Origin: a virus
DNA length: 64,000 nt
Virus record (IMG/VR): IMGVR_UViG_3300036766_000416
Span: 1-64,000 of that record
Strand: one strand, 5' to 3'
This document shows positions 9,488 to 17,069 of this stretch, piece after piece (the stretch's first letter is position 1; each line of letters opens with the position of its first letter). The translations under genes and the position numbers were made by a program. The notes below the pieces were generated by a model. That model saw only the letters and a list, made by a program, of their open reading frames with translations, did no database searches and was not told the origin of the DNA.

Positions 9488-9849
9488 AGTTTGAGAAGAC
9501 CTCCTGTTCTCAGTGTGGCCAAGAGTTTGGTCCCGGTGACCATGGGTTCTCGCATTGCTCTGACCACTTGAAGAATCCGGTGCGCTACACCGCCCTGACG
9601 AATGGGACTGCGTTTATGGGTATGGGTTCGAACACAGGTCTCAATGAGGGTCACGAGTATCCCTATGTGTTATGGACAGACTATGAGGCACTACAGTTTG
9701 CGCTGGCGCAAGAAAAAGAACACCGGCAAGCCGACAGTCTTTACTGGGAGTCTGTAGCAACTCCTGGATGCCTTTCAATTTCAGGGGTCTATGACAAAGG
9801 TCTTACTGGAAGAGACCGACGAGCAAAGGCTGACAATCAGAGAACTTGA
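9484..9849 (+). CDS. Hypothetical protein with Cys/His motif
   Basis: CSQCGQEFGPGDHGFSHCSDH putative metal site, ATGA overlap. Confidence 0.55.
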   Translation: MKFEKTSCSQCGQEFGPGDHGFSHCSDHLKNPVRYTALTNGTAFMGMGSNTGLNEGHEYPYVLWTDYEALQFALAQEKEHRQADSLYWESVATPGCLSISGVYDKGLTGRDRRAKADNQRT

Positions 9850-10019
9850 ACGACAACTCAGGGAGCCCCGATGAGCATGATTGATTTTCTCCGATCACCC
9901 GTCAAATTTCTCAAGTCTCGCCGGAAAGCGAAAAAGATTATGCAGCGAGCCGTTCGCTGTATGGTGGCCTCAGGTGTGTTACGGCGTATTCACATTATGT
10001 CACGAATAGGATAAATATT

Positions 10020-10211
10020 ATGAGGGCACAGATTGACAGCATTGAACGGTTGTTGAGTATTTTGGATACCCAGGAAACCCTGATTAAGGCCCAGAAAGAC
10101 CACATCTATGCGTTGCAGACAAAGCTGAAGAAGGTGGTGCTAGGGCAGCAACCTCTCAGCGATCACTCGACTCGTGCCGCGGCCCTAGAGTCCGAGTGTT
10201 GGGAACCATGA
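10020..10211 (+). CDS. Small coiled-coil protein
   Basis: AGGA SD, heptads, ATGA overlap with next ORF. Confidence 0.45.
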   Translation: MRAQIDSIERLLSILDTQETLIKAQKDHIYALQTKLKKVVLGQQPLSDHSTRAAALESECWEP

Positions 10212-10354
10212 ATTATTTTGTGATAGCCACCGGGTCTCTGTATCTCTGTGCTGCTGTGTATTCAGTATACCAGAGGCACTATGGTTGGGCGATGGTGTGG
10301 GGATGCTACGGTATTTCTGCGTTAGTCTTGAGTACCATGGAGGGCCGCGGATGA
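10208..10354 (+). CDS. Small membrane protein (48 aa)
   Basis: Own translation, two hydrophobic segments, overlaps both neighbours. Confidence 0.5.
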   Translation: MNYFVIATGSLYLCAAVYSVYQRHYGWAMVWGCYGISALVLSTMEGRG

Positions 10355-10485
10355 CTGATCGAGAATATTTTCAACGGTTACTGGAGCACTCAAAGGACCA
10401 TGAGATGCGGGCCTTCTATCTGGCGCAATTATCCGTGTTGAAAGACGTGGCGCCACACCAAGAATGTGCAGAAGGTGACCAATGA
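10351..10485 (+). CDS. Small hypothetical protein
   Basis: GGAGG SD, ATGA overlaps. Confidence 0.45.
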   Translation: MTDREYFQRLLEHSKDHEMRAFYLAQLSVLKDVAPHQECAEGDQ

Positions 10486-10697
10486 ATATGTCATTCAAGA
10501 AATCGGTCTGGCACAAACTTGACGAAATCGAGCAATGGATGTCTGCCTGCACCAAGTCCCTGAAACATACCCCGCGTTTCACCGCTGCTGAACGCCGGCA
10601 CCTCGCGGGCCTCGCTGACAGTATTGGTGGTTCCGCTGGCGTGTTGTCCCTGTATGCGGCCCTCACTCCACCAAAGAAGAAATCTGTTCAAAAATGA
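10482..10697 (+). CDS. Hypothetical protein
   Basis: AAGGTG SD, ATGA overlap. Confidence 0.5.
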   Translation: MNMSFKKSVWHKLDEIEQWMSACTKSLKHTPRFTAAERRHLAGLADSIGGSAGVLSLYAALTPPKKKSVQK

Positions 10698-10795
10698 ACA
10701 GTGTCTCCTAAATCACACAGAAATTTAATGTTGGTAACCCTGGCTCTCTCTCATGACTCTAGCCCCGGTATGTGACATAATTAGAACATGGATAG
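10696..10795 (+). promoter_or_regulatory. Repeated early promoter cassette, copy 3
   Basis: Same upstream block, degenerate -35, CATAAT 10776, TAGAACATGGATAG. Confidence 0.7.
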
Positions 10796-10997
10796 TAGAG
10801 AACCAGAAACTAAGGGCCTTGGGATTATGACACCAAAAACTAAAAAGTCAAAATTGCTTAGACTGTCACGGAAAGATTTGATGTTTATTATTCAAATGTT
10901 GGAATGGGAGAAGAGTTGTAATGCTTGAATTTGTTGTGACGGTGGTGATGATTCTGGTGACCATTGTGGTCCTAGATTATGTGAATGGAGCCCGAAA

Positions 10998-11450
10998 ATG
11001 ATTCGAGAAGTGATGAGTATGTGTTTGGCCCCTGTGGTGCTTGCGGGGTACCTCATGTCCACGGACGTCCACTTCCGCAAGGATGTGACGAATCCGCAGG
11101 GTGTCAATAACGCTGCGATGATCGAGGTCCAGACCTGTGAAACCGGATTAGGGTTTGACGCCAAAGCAGCCACTAATGGATTATACGGCGCGGGCCTTCA
11201 ATACGGATTCAGCAAGACCTTTGCCGACGACTATCGACTCACCTTCACACCGAAAGCGGGACTGAGTTATACGGACCATACGGTCTATGAGTTACCCCAG
11301 GACTTCCAATTCGGCATTGGAGCACAGGTTCTCTTTGGGTACAAACAGTTTCGAGTGGGTGCTGAGTTGTGGCACCTCAGTAATGCGGGGATGACCAGAC
11401 CGAACATCGGCCTCAATCTCCCGATTATTCAAGCCGGCTGGGCGTTCTGA
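10998..11450 (+). CDS. pagL: PagL-like outer-membrane lipid A 3-O-deacylase (acyloxyacyl hydrolase family)
   Basis: Signal-like N-terminus, alternating beta-strand pattern, EL..DFQFGIG, HLSNAG..PN.G.N motif, C-terminal Phe. Confidence 0.7.
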   Translation: MIREVMSMCLAPVVLAGYLMSTDVHFRKDVTNPQGVNNAAMIEVQTCETGLGFDAKAATNGLYGAGLQYGFSKTFADDYRLTFTPKAGLSYTDHTVYELPQDFQFGIGAQVLFGYKQFRVGAELWHLSNAGMTRPNIGLNLPIIQAGWAF

Positions 11451-11560
11451 GAAATATTTACAGAGCCCTCAGATGAGCATGTGAATCAATTGAAAGTGGA
11501 GCTACGCTAGCGAGCGACCGAGATCCGCAAACTCAAAGGTATCCCTGCACGGGAACGGAA

Positions 11561-11935
11561 ATGATGAGCACTCTATCCGAACGATTGCTGGAGATCCTTG
11601 AACGAGAACAGGGTGGACCGGTTGTGAAAAAGATTACTACTTCAATCCCTCTGGAAGGTGAGCCGAGGTACGAGATCGGCACGGTGTTTGTCCGGGCGGG
11701 TTCTTCGATCAATGCGGATAACCATACAGGTATTCTGGTGCGTACCGCGCGTGGTGAATGTAAATTGATATGCCTGCCTTCGGCGAACCGTTGGACTGAT
11801 GAAAATGCATTTTTGGTGCCAGACGGAAGACTCGGACCAACGATTCGAGAGTTTCACAGTGTTTTCGGTGGTATGTGGATTGTGAGCAAGCGTGGCACAG
11901 AGTCTCTCGCAGAATGGTCAAGGACCGACGTGTAA
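11561..11935 (+). CDS. Hypothetical protein
   Basis: 124-codon ORF; LICLPSANRW resembles 7795 ORF. Confidence 0.55.
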   Translation: MMSTLSERLLEILEREQGGPVVKKITTSIPLEGEPRYEIGTVFVRAGSSINADNHTGILVRTARGECKLICLPSANRWTDENAFLVPDGRLGPTIREFHSVFGGMWIVSKRGTESLAEWSRTDV

Positions 11936-11943
11936 AATAGGGC

Positions 11944-12041
11944 TTGACAAGGGCCCGGAAGTGTGATAGAGTATAAATACAAGGTCGAGCAGACAAAGTG
12001 TATAAATAGTTCTTGACAACGACCAAAAACTGTGCTATAGT
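11944..12041 (+). promoter_or_regulatory. Stacked promoters for tRNA array (2 sigma70-type, 2 T4 late-type)
   Basis: TTGACA 11944 and 12013 with -10-like hexamers; TATAAATA 11973 and 12001. Confidence 0.75.
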
Positions 12042-12062
12042 ATAGAGACAATCGAGACAACC

Positions 12063-12161
12063 ATGAGCCTTTATCAACGCGATAGAAAACTGAATACCAA
12101 CGAATGTCAAGGGACCCGGTCCTCGTGGCCAGCCCCCATACATTTTGGTACTATTATGTAA
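12063..12161 (+). CDS. Putative 32-aa leader peptide
   Basis: Own translation MSLYQRDRKLNTNECQGTRSSWPAPIHFGTIM, between promoter and terminator. Confidence 0.35.
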   Translation: MSLYQRDRKLNTNECQGTRSSWPAPIHFGTIM

Positions 12162-12206
12162 GCGACCTGTATTATACCACCCCGGGTATCATACAGGGGA
12201 TTCGAG

Positions 12207-12242
12207 AAGCCGGGGAAAATTTTCCCTGGCTTTTTTATTTTC
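12207..12242 (+). terminator. Intrinsic terminator just before first tRNA
   Basis: AGCCGGGG-AAAATTTT-CCCTGGCT hairpin plus TTTTTTATTTT. Confidence 0.7.
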
Positions 12243-12243
12243 A

Positions 12244-12319
12244 GGGGCTTTAGCTCAATCAGGAGAGCGTCTGCATGGCATGCAGAAGGCAGCGAGGGCG
12301 GAACTCGCAAGCTCCACCA
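12244..12319 (+). tRNA. trnA: tRNA-Ala(GGC)
   Basis: Cloverleaf, loop ATGGCAT, G3-U70, CCA. Confidence 0.9.
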
Positions 12320-12327
12320 AATAGTAT

Positions 12328-12401
12328 ACGCATTTCGTACAACAGCAGTACCTCCGCCCGATTAGCGGATGATCACAGTGCAATTCTGTGAATGCGTACC
12401 A
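12328..12401 (+). tRNA. trnI: tRNA-Ile(GAT), atypical loop
   Basis: Cloverleaf with CCA; anticodon loop CCGATTA (C33, U37). Confidence 0.7.
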
Positions 12402-12414
12402 AATAGAGGTATCA

Positions 12415-12981
12415 ATGCCGTGGCATCATATTATTCCAAAGCATAAGTGGAAGTTCAGGTTTGGCGATCTGGGTGGCGTGAATGCTCATGATAATTTGGT
12501 CAATTTGACTACGGAACAACATTCCCAGGTTCATAGGATGATGGGGGAGTGTGGGTCGCAATATGATTATATTGCCTATTTGGCTATTTCTCGTCAGATC
12601 GGGAAGGAAGAAATTCAAAAGCGAATATCTTCTCATGCGTCCTCTGTTGCCAATGCTGGAAATAAATACGCACTGGGAACTAAACGAACGGAAGAACAGA
12701 AGAATAGGATGGTAGAGTTGGCAAGAGGCCGAAGGCAGACTGGGAAGCAGAAATTAGAATCCGCTAAACGCATGATAGGAAATAAATACTCCCTCAATAA
12801 GAAGAACGGTTTGGGGTATAAACACACCGAGAAATATAAGAAAGAGGCTTCTGAAAGACTGATCGGTAATACAAATGCTTTAGGGGCTAAACATACCGAT
12901 GAAATGAATCGTCTCAAATCAGAAAGATTGATCGGAAAGAAACGCGGCCCATACCGTAGGATACATATACCTGTGGTGTAA
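12415..12981 (+). CDS. HNH homing endonuclease, family copy 1
   Basis: HHIIP...DNLVNLTTEQH...H, NUMOD3-like K-H-T repeats. Confidence 0.8.
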   Translation: MPWHHIIPKHKWKFRFGDLGGVNAHDNLVNLTTEQHSQVHRMMGECGSQYDYIAYLAISRQIGKEEIQKRISSHASSVANAGNKYALGTKRTEEQKNRMVELARGRRQTGKQKLESAKRMIGNKYSLNKKNGLGYKHTEKYKKEASERLIGNTNALGAKHTDEMNRLKSERLIGKKRGPYRRIHIPVV

Positions 12982-13040
12982 TAGCAACATATTCGTCTCC
13001 AAAACGAATGATCGGGGTGCAATTCCTCGTAGGTATGCCA
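12967..13040 (+). tRNA. trnW: tRNA-Trp(CCA)
   Basis: Loop CTCCAAA, CCA end. Confidence 0.9.
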
Positions 13041-13063
13041 TGTGCCTTACAAAGGAAGATATT

Positions 13064-13591
13064 ATGAGCGCATTCACATTAGTTCTGAATCACAGTTATG
13101 AACCCCTCCAGGTGGTTGGGTGGCAGCGAGCCGTGACCCTGTTGTTTCAGGGTAAGGCTGAAGTGATTGAGGAACACAATGAGGAGATCCACTCGATTTC
13201 CTTTAGCATGAAGATTCCTTCTGTGTTGCGTATGTTGAGTATGGTGCGCCTGAAGCGTAAGGTGCCTGTCAAGTTTACGCGACTGAACATCTTCACCCGT
13301 GATGGTTGGAAGTGTCAGTATTGTGGTGAAAAGTTCCCTAGTGAGAAATTGACGTTCGACCATGTGGTACCTGTGTCTCAGGGTGGCAAAAAACAATGGG
13401 AAAATATCGTGACCGCGTGTGTGGAGTGTAATTCGCACAAGGAAGGGCGCACGCCTCAGCAAGCTGGCATGAAGTTGCTCAAGAAGCCTAAACAGCCAAT
13501 CTGGGCGCAAGTAGTCACCGTGACCGTAGGGTTGCGAACGACACCAGATAGTTGGCGCGATTATTTATACTGGACTTGCGAGCTTGAGTGA
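13064..13591 (+). CDS. McrA-like HNH endonuclease
   Basis: LVLNHSYEPL, RDGWKCQYCG, LTFDHVVPVSQGG, NIVTACVECN. Confidence 0.9.
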   Translation: MSAFTLVLNHSYEPLQVVGWQRAVTLLFQGKAEVIEEHNEEIHSISFSMKIPSVLRMLSMVRLKRKVPVKFTRLNIFTRDGWKCQYCGEKFPSEKLTFDHVVPVSQGGKKQWENIVTACVECNSHKEGRTPQQAGMKLLKKPKQPIWAQVVTVTVGLRTTPDSWRDYLYWTCELE

Positions 13592-13634
13592 GTTGATATG
13601 ACCAGGGCATGGAAGGGAATACAGAAGAAAAAAC

Positions 13635-13708
13635 GCCGGAATAGTGTAATGGAAACATCATACACTTGTAACGTATGGATTCGGGTTCGATTCCCGATTT
13701 CGGCTCCA
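13635..13708 (+). tRNA. trnT: tRNA-Thr(TGT)
   Basis: Loop CTTGTAA, TTCGATT, CCA. Confidence 0.9.
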
Positions 13709-13785
13709 TAACAGTCCGCAGATGGGGGTAGCGGGATAAGAAATAATCCCCCTTAATTTCCTCAGAGAAAAACTGAGGATCGAAT

Positions 13786-13860
13786 GTGACCGTAGCACAA
13801 GCAGTAGTGCGCTGGTTTGTGGCACCAGCTAAGTGGGTGCAAGTCCCACCGGTCACCCCA
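13786..13860 (+). tRNA. trnH: tRNA-His(GTG)
   Basis: Loop TTGTGGC, C73, CCA. Confidence 0.9.
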
Positions 13861-13947
13861 AAGCCAATCGAGAAGGTTGGCACGAAGCATGATAGCATCC
13901 ACCTTAGACGTGGACTCTGAGCAAGGGTGAAAGTGCTATCGAAATAT

Positions 13948-14023
13948 GGGCCCTTAGTTCATTCAGGAGAACGTCGCACTTGCACTGCGAAGGTGGTCGG
14001 AGCAAAGCCGACAGGGTCCACCA
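13948..14023 (+). tRNA. trnA: tRNA-Ala(TGC)
   Basis: Loop CTTGCAC, G3-U70, CCA. Confidence 0.9.
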
Positions 14024-14094
14024 AATGGCGACTCGCCGCCCATAAGTGGTGCGCTACACATTGGTAGTGCTTAAAGAGTCGGTTGAAAATAATC

Positions 14095-14169
14095 GGGCCC
14101 TAGGTGTTGACAGGAGCACGCCTGCCTCGCACGTAGGAAGGGTCGGGGCAGTTCCGACAGGGTCCACCA
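14095..14169 (+). tRNA. trnA: tRNA-Ala(CGC)
   Basis: Loop CTCGCAC, G3-U70, CCA. Confidence 0.9.
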
Positions 14170-14175
14170 TAAGAA

Positions 14176-14253
14176 CAGGGTGTAGGAGAATCTGGTTACT
14201 CTACTCGCTTTGGAAGCGAGTGATTGTGGGTTCAAATCCCACCGCCCTGACCA
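14176..14253 (+). tRNA. trnP: tRNA-Pro(TGG)
   Basis: Loop TTTGGAA, CCA. Confidence 0.9.
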
Positions 14254-14257
14254 TGAC

Positions 14258-14332
14258 GCTCCCATAGACTACTGGCTAGGTCGCTTGCCTTTCAAGCAGG
14301 AAGAGAGAGATCGATACTCTCTGGGAGCACCA
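14258..14332 (+). tRNA. trnE: tRNA-Glu(TTC)
   Basis: Loop CTTTCAA, CCA. Confidence 0.9.
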
Positions 14333-14337
14333 CGAAC

Positions 14338-14415
14338 GCCATTGTGATGGGAAATGGCATACCTAGTGTGTCGAGAACGCACTGAATGGGAGTTCGAGTC
14401 TCCCCAATGGCACCA
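14338..14415 (+). tRNA. trnL: tRNA-Leu(GAG), short variable arm
   Basis: Loop TCGAGAA, Leu-type D loop, CCA. Confidence 0.85.
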
Positions 14416-14424
14416 TAGTATATT

Positions 14425-14781
14425 ATGTGTGAATCAGAGATTGAACAGATTGACCGGGGCTCAGAGAGAGCCAAGCGAATAATCGCCGAGGTGATTCAAA
14501 CAATCACCTACAAGCCTGGGTACACGTTCACCTGGGATCAGTGTGATGATGGAAGGTTTTTATTCTACCTTCATACTCCGGCGATACAAGACGCGAAGCA
14601 TGTTGATAGGAAATTTACGATCAGACGGTTCGAGTATTTCCTCATAGAGTCGTGTCAGACACAAGCCGATGTTCGTCAGTGTTTTATTGATTTGATTTTG
14701 GGGTGGGAAAAACACGAATTGTATGAGTGGTTGAAGTTTGATGGTAAACAGTTCAAGGACCCACACATAGAAGAATTATAG
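14425..14781 (+). CDS. Hypothetical protein in tRNA array
   Basis: 118-codon ORF, HELYEWLKFDGKQFKDPH C-terminus. Confidence 0.6.
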   Translation: MCESEIEQIDRGSERAKRIIAEVIQTITYKPGYTFTWDQCDDGRFLFYLHTPAIQDAKHVDRKFTIRRFEYFLIESCQTQADVRQCFIDLILGWEKHELYEWLKFDGKQFKDPHIEEL

Positions 14782-14853
14782 CGGGGTAGAGAAGAGGCCC
14801 ATCTCGTCAGGCTCATAACCTGGAGACCGCTGGTTCAAATCCAGCCCCCGCGA
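14780..14853 (+). tRNA. trnfM: Initiator-like tRNA-Met(CAT), no encoded CCA
   Basis: Loop CTCATAA, 1:72 mismatch, fMet-like acceptor GCGGGG. Confidence 0.8.
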
Positions 14854-14902
14854 CTTCCCTCTTGAGAGATAGAGGGAGTTCAATACCTCGGTGTTGAACT
14901 AT

Positions 14903-14910
14903 TATAAATA
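14903..14910 (+). promoter_or_regulatory. T4-type late promoter
   Basis: TATAAATA upstream of GIY-YIG gene. Confidence 0.7.
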
Positions 14911-14931
14911 GTGCATGGAGGGAGACTAACT

Positions 14932-15555
14932 ATGCACTATCTTGTATATTTGATTACGAATCTTGTCAATGGTAAACATTACATTGGATGCCACAAGACT
15001 AAAAATAAAGATGACGGCTACATGGGATCAGGTAAGTATTTGAAGAATGCTCAAAAGAAATATGGTCTAGAGATTTTCAAAAAAGACATTCTCTTTGAAG
15101 CATCTTCTTCCGAGGAGATGTTTGCAAAAGAAAAAGAATTGGTGATTTTGGGACCCCAGAGTTATAATCTTAATGAGGGTGGTCAAGGCGGATTCGATCA
15201 TATCAACAGAAACAGGACACCTGAGGAATGGCGTAGGCTTCATAGTTTGGGCGGAAAAGCAGCAAGACCTTTTTTGGGTAAAAGGCATACCCCCGAAACT
15301 ATAGAAATATGCAGACAAAAATCGAAAGATGCTTGGTCCAACGGATTGATGATAAATGGATTTACTGGAAAGCATCATACCAATGAATCCAAGGCAAAGA
15401 TCGCCGCAAGCAATTCCAAGACACACAAGGGGACAGGGAATCCGAATTTTGGTAAATGTTGGATTACGAATCTTCTTACTAAAGAAAATAGGTTGATTGA
15501 AAAGATTTCCGATATTCCAGATGGATGGGTAAGAGGACGAAGAATGGCTCATTGA
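14932..15555 (+). CDS. Seg-like GIY-YIG homing endonuclease with NUMOD3 repeats
   Basis: YLVYLITNLVNGKHYIG, YMGSG, YNL, GKHHT repeats. Confidence 0.85.
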   Translation: MHYLVYLITNLVNGKHYIGCHKTKNKDDGYMGSGKYLKNAQKKYGLEIFKKDILFEASSSEEMFAKEKELVILGPQSYNLNEGGQGGFDHINRNRTPEEWRRLHSLGGKAARPFLGKRHTPETIEICRQKSKDAWSNGLMINGFTGKHHTNESKAKIAASNSKTHKGTGNPNFGKCWITNLLTKENRLIEKISDIPDGWVRGRRMAH

Positions 15556-15623
15556 CTGAAGGAAGTTTCAGACTTCTCTCATAAGGAAGATTGAGGTTGG
15601 TGCAAGTCCAACATGAGCCACCA
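15546..15623 (+). tRNA. trnM: tRNA-Met(CAT) (elongator, or Ile2 if lysidinated)
   Basis: Loop CTCATAA, CCA. Confidence 0.8.
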
Positions 15624-15630
15624 ATAGAAC

Positions 15631-15708
15631 GCCGTTGTGACGGGAATTGGCATACCTACTTGGCTTAGAACCAAGTGTTTAGGAGTTCGACTCTCCTCAA
15701 CGGCACCA
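15631..15708 (+). tRNA. trnL: tRNA-Leu(TAG), short variable arm
   Basis: Loop CTTAGAA, CCA. Confidence 0.9.
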
Positions 15709-15794
15709 AAAATTATGCTAGGACCAACAATTGGTGAGACAGCGTTGGTTGCGAAGGAAGATGTAGTTACCAATCTTCCCCTAGTAGATTATAC

Positions 15795-15884
15795 GCTCCT
15801 GCGCCTTGATAGGCAGAGTGGCCTTATAAGCCAGTCGCTCTAGATGAGAGCCTTGACTGAGTTTGATTCTCAGCAGGAGTACCA
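15795..15884 (+). tRNA. Non-canonical tRNA with TAT anticodon and long variable arm
   Basis: 7-bp acceptor plus ACCA, 4-bp D stem with TGAT loop, loop CTTATAA, V-arm hairpin GCTCT-AGATG-AGAGC. Confidence 0.7.
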
Positions 15885-15890
15885 AAATAT

Positions 15891-15974
15891 GGGTGTGGAG
15901 CCTAACATGGGTGAAGGGGCCGGCTGTAACCCGGTCTAGCCATCAACAAGGTTCGATTCCTTGCACACCCACCA
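15891..15974 (+). tRNA. trnY: tRNA-Tyr(GTA)
   Basis: Loop CTGTAAC, extended V region, CCA. Confidence 0.9.
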
Positions 15975-15991
15975 TGTTGACAGGAGACTTG

Positions 15992-16129
15992 ATGAAAGTT
16001 TATCGAAGCAAACGGCGCTCTTGTCCGATGTGTAAACCGAACAAGATGGGTATTGAGCCCCGTTGGACACCAAAAGAGTTAGACAAGATTCGAAGGATGG
16101 AAAAGGAAGCGAGAGAAGAAAAGGAATAA
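15992..16129 (+). CDS. Small basic CxxC protein (45 aa)
   Basis: AGGAG SD, KRRSCPMCKPNKMG. Confidence 0.6.
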   Translation: MKVYRSKRRSCPMCKPNKMGIEPRWTPKELDKIRRMEKEAREEKE

Positions 16130-16130
16130 G

Positions 16131-16206
16131 GCACTCGGAGTCATTTGGCATAGACACTTCCCTGTCGAGGAAGCCCAAGCGAGTTCGATTCTCGTCGAGT
16201 GCGCCA
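16131..16206 (+). tRNA. trnD: tRNA-Asp(GTC)
   Basis: Loop CTGTCGA, CCA. Confidence 0.9.
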
Positions 16207-16215
16207 TAACTTATT

Positions 16216-16602
16216 ATGTTAAAAAGACAAATCAATACGAATATGAAGGGGAATGTTGGAGTAGGATCGGCTATTCAATATTTCACTTCTCAGGGGTGGG
16301 TTGTTGCTCTACCTATCAATGATAGTCAGCCGTATGATTTGATCGTCGATATAGATGGTACTTTGAAGAGGGTTCAGGTTAAAACAACGACAAGTAATGA
16401 TGGAGTTTCTTGGGAGGTTGGGCTAAGGATTTCTTCCACAAACACCAAGAGAAACAAGAGCAAGTTGTTTGATGGGTCTTTAGTTGATTTGTTATTTATT
16501 TTAACAGAAGATGGTTCGAGGTGGTTGATTCCAACGGAAAAAATACAAGGAAGTAGCACGATAAGTGTTGGTGGAAAATTATATCAGGAATTCAAGATTT
16601 GA
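16216..16602 (+). CDS. PD-(D/E)XK endonuclease, I-Ssp6803I-like family
   Basis: KGNVG...LP..D.QPYDLIVD...RVQVKT motif. Confidence 0.8.
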   Translation: MLKRQINTNMKGNVGVGSAIQYFTSQGWVVALPINDSQPYDLIVDIDGTLKRVQVKTTTSNDGVSWEVGLRISSTNTKRNKSKLFDGSLVDLLFILTEDGSRWLIPTEKIQGSSTISVGGKLYQEFKI

Positions 16603-16603
16603 C

Positions 16604-16678
16604 GTCGCCGTGACTGAATAGCGAAGTAGCTGGCTGCAAACCAGTTCCATGCAGGTGCAATTCCTGTCGGCGACTCCA
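16604..16678 (+). tRNA. trnC: tRNA-Cys(GCA)
   Basis: Loop CTGCAAA, U73, CCA. Confidence 0.9.
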
Positions 16679-16692
16679 TAAAGAGGTGTTGA

Positions 16693-16818
16693 ATGTCTGG
16701 CACCGAAAAGAGAAACGACATGCCGCACATCCCTGTCAATTGGGACGGCACCCATGAAGACGAAGTGCTTCATGACGGAGATTTTGAGAGTGAATGGAAG
16801 GTGGACAGTGCAGGGTAA
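16693..16818 (+). CDS. Small acidic ORF (41 aa)
   Basis: GAGGTG SD; own translation MSGTEKRNDMPHIPVNWDG...; stop lies in tRNA-Ser. Confidence 0.4.
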   Translation: MSGTEKRNDMPHIPVNWDGTHEDEVLHDGDFESEWKVDSAG

Positions 16819-16882
16819 CTGGACCGATTGCTAATCGGATCGAGGGTAACACCTTGGGGTTCGAGTCCTCCGCCTTCCGCCA
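16796..16882 (+). tRNA. trnS: tRNA-Ser(GCT)
   Basis: Loop TTGCTAA, long V arm, G73, CCA. Confidence 0.9.
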
Positions 16883-16891
16883 TGAGTGTTT

Positions 16892-16976
16892 GGAGAGGTA
16901 ACCAGTTAGGATGCTGGAACCGCCTCGAAAGCGGATTGACCGAAAGGTTGGGTTTCGATTACTCACCTCTCCGCCA
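16892..16976 (+). tRNA. trnS: tRNA-Ser(CGA)
   Basis: Loop CTCGAAA, long V arm, CCA. Confidence 0.9.
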
Positions 16977-16984
16977 TAATAAAT

Positions 16985-17069
16985 GGAGGGTAAACAGTAC
17001 AGGGTAGCTGGCCCGTCTGGAAAGCGGTGCGAACGAAAGTTTGTGTTTCGAGTACACTGCCCTCCGCCA
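16985..17069 (+). tRNA. trnS: tRNA-Ser(GGA)
   Basis: Loop CTGGAAA, long V arm, CCA. Confidence 0.9.

Noticed and set aside
12105-12140. HDV-like/theta ribozyme (TCCTCGT resembles the L3 loop)
   Set aside because: Flanking bases do not form P3 and the element is not at a tRNA 3' end. No such core was seen after any tRNA.
16131-16678. Group I intron around the PD-(D/E)XK gene
   Set aside because: Both flanking tRNAs are uninterrupted and there is under 12 nt of non-coding space on either side.
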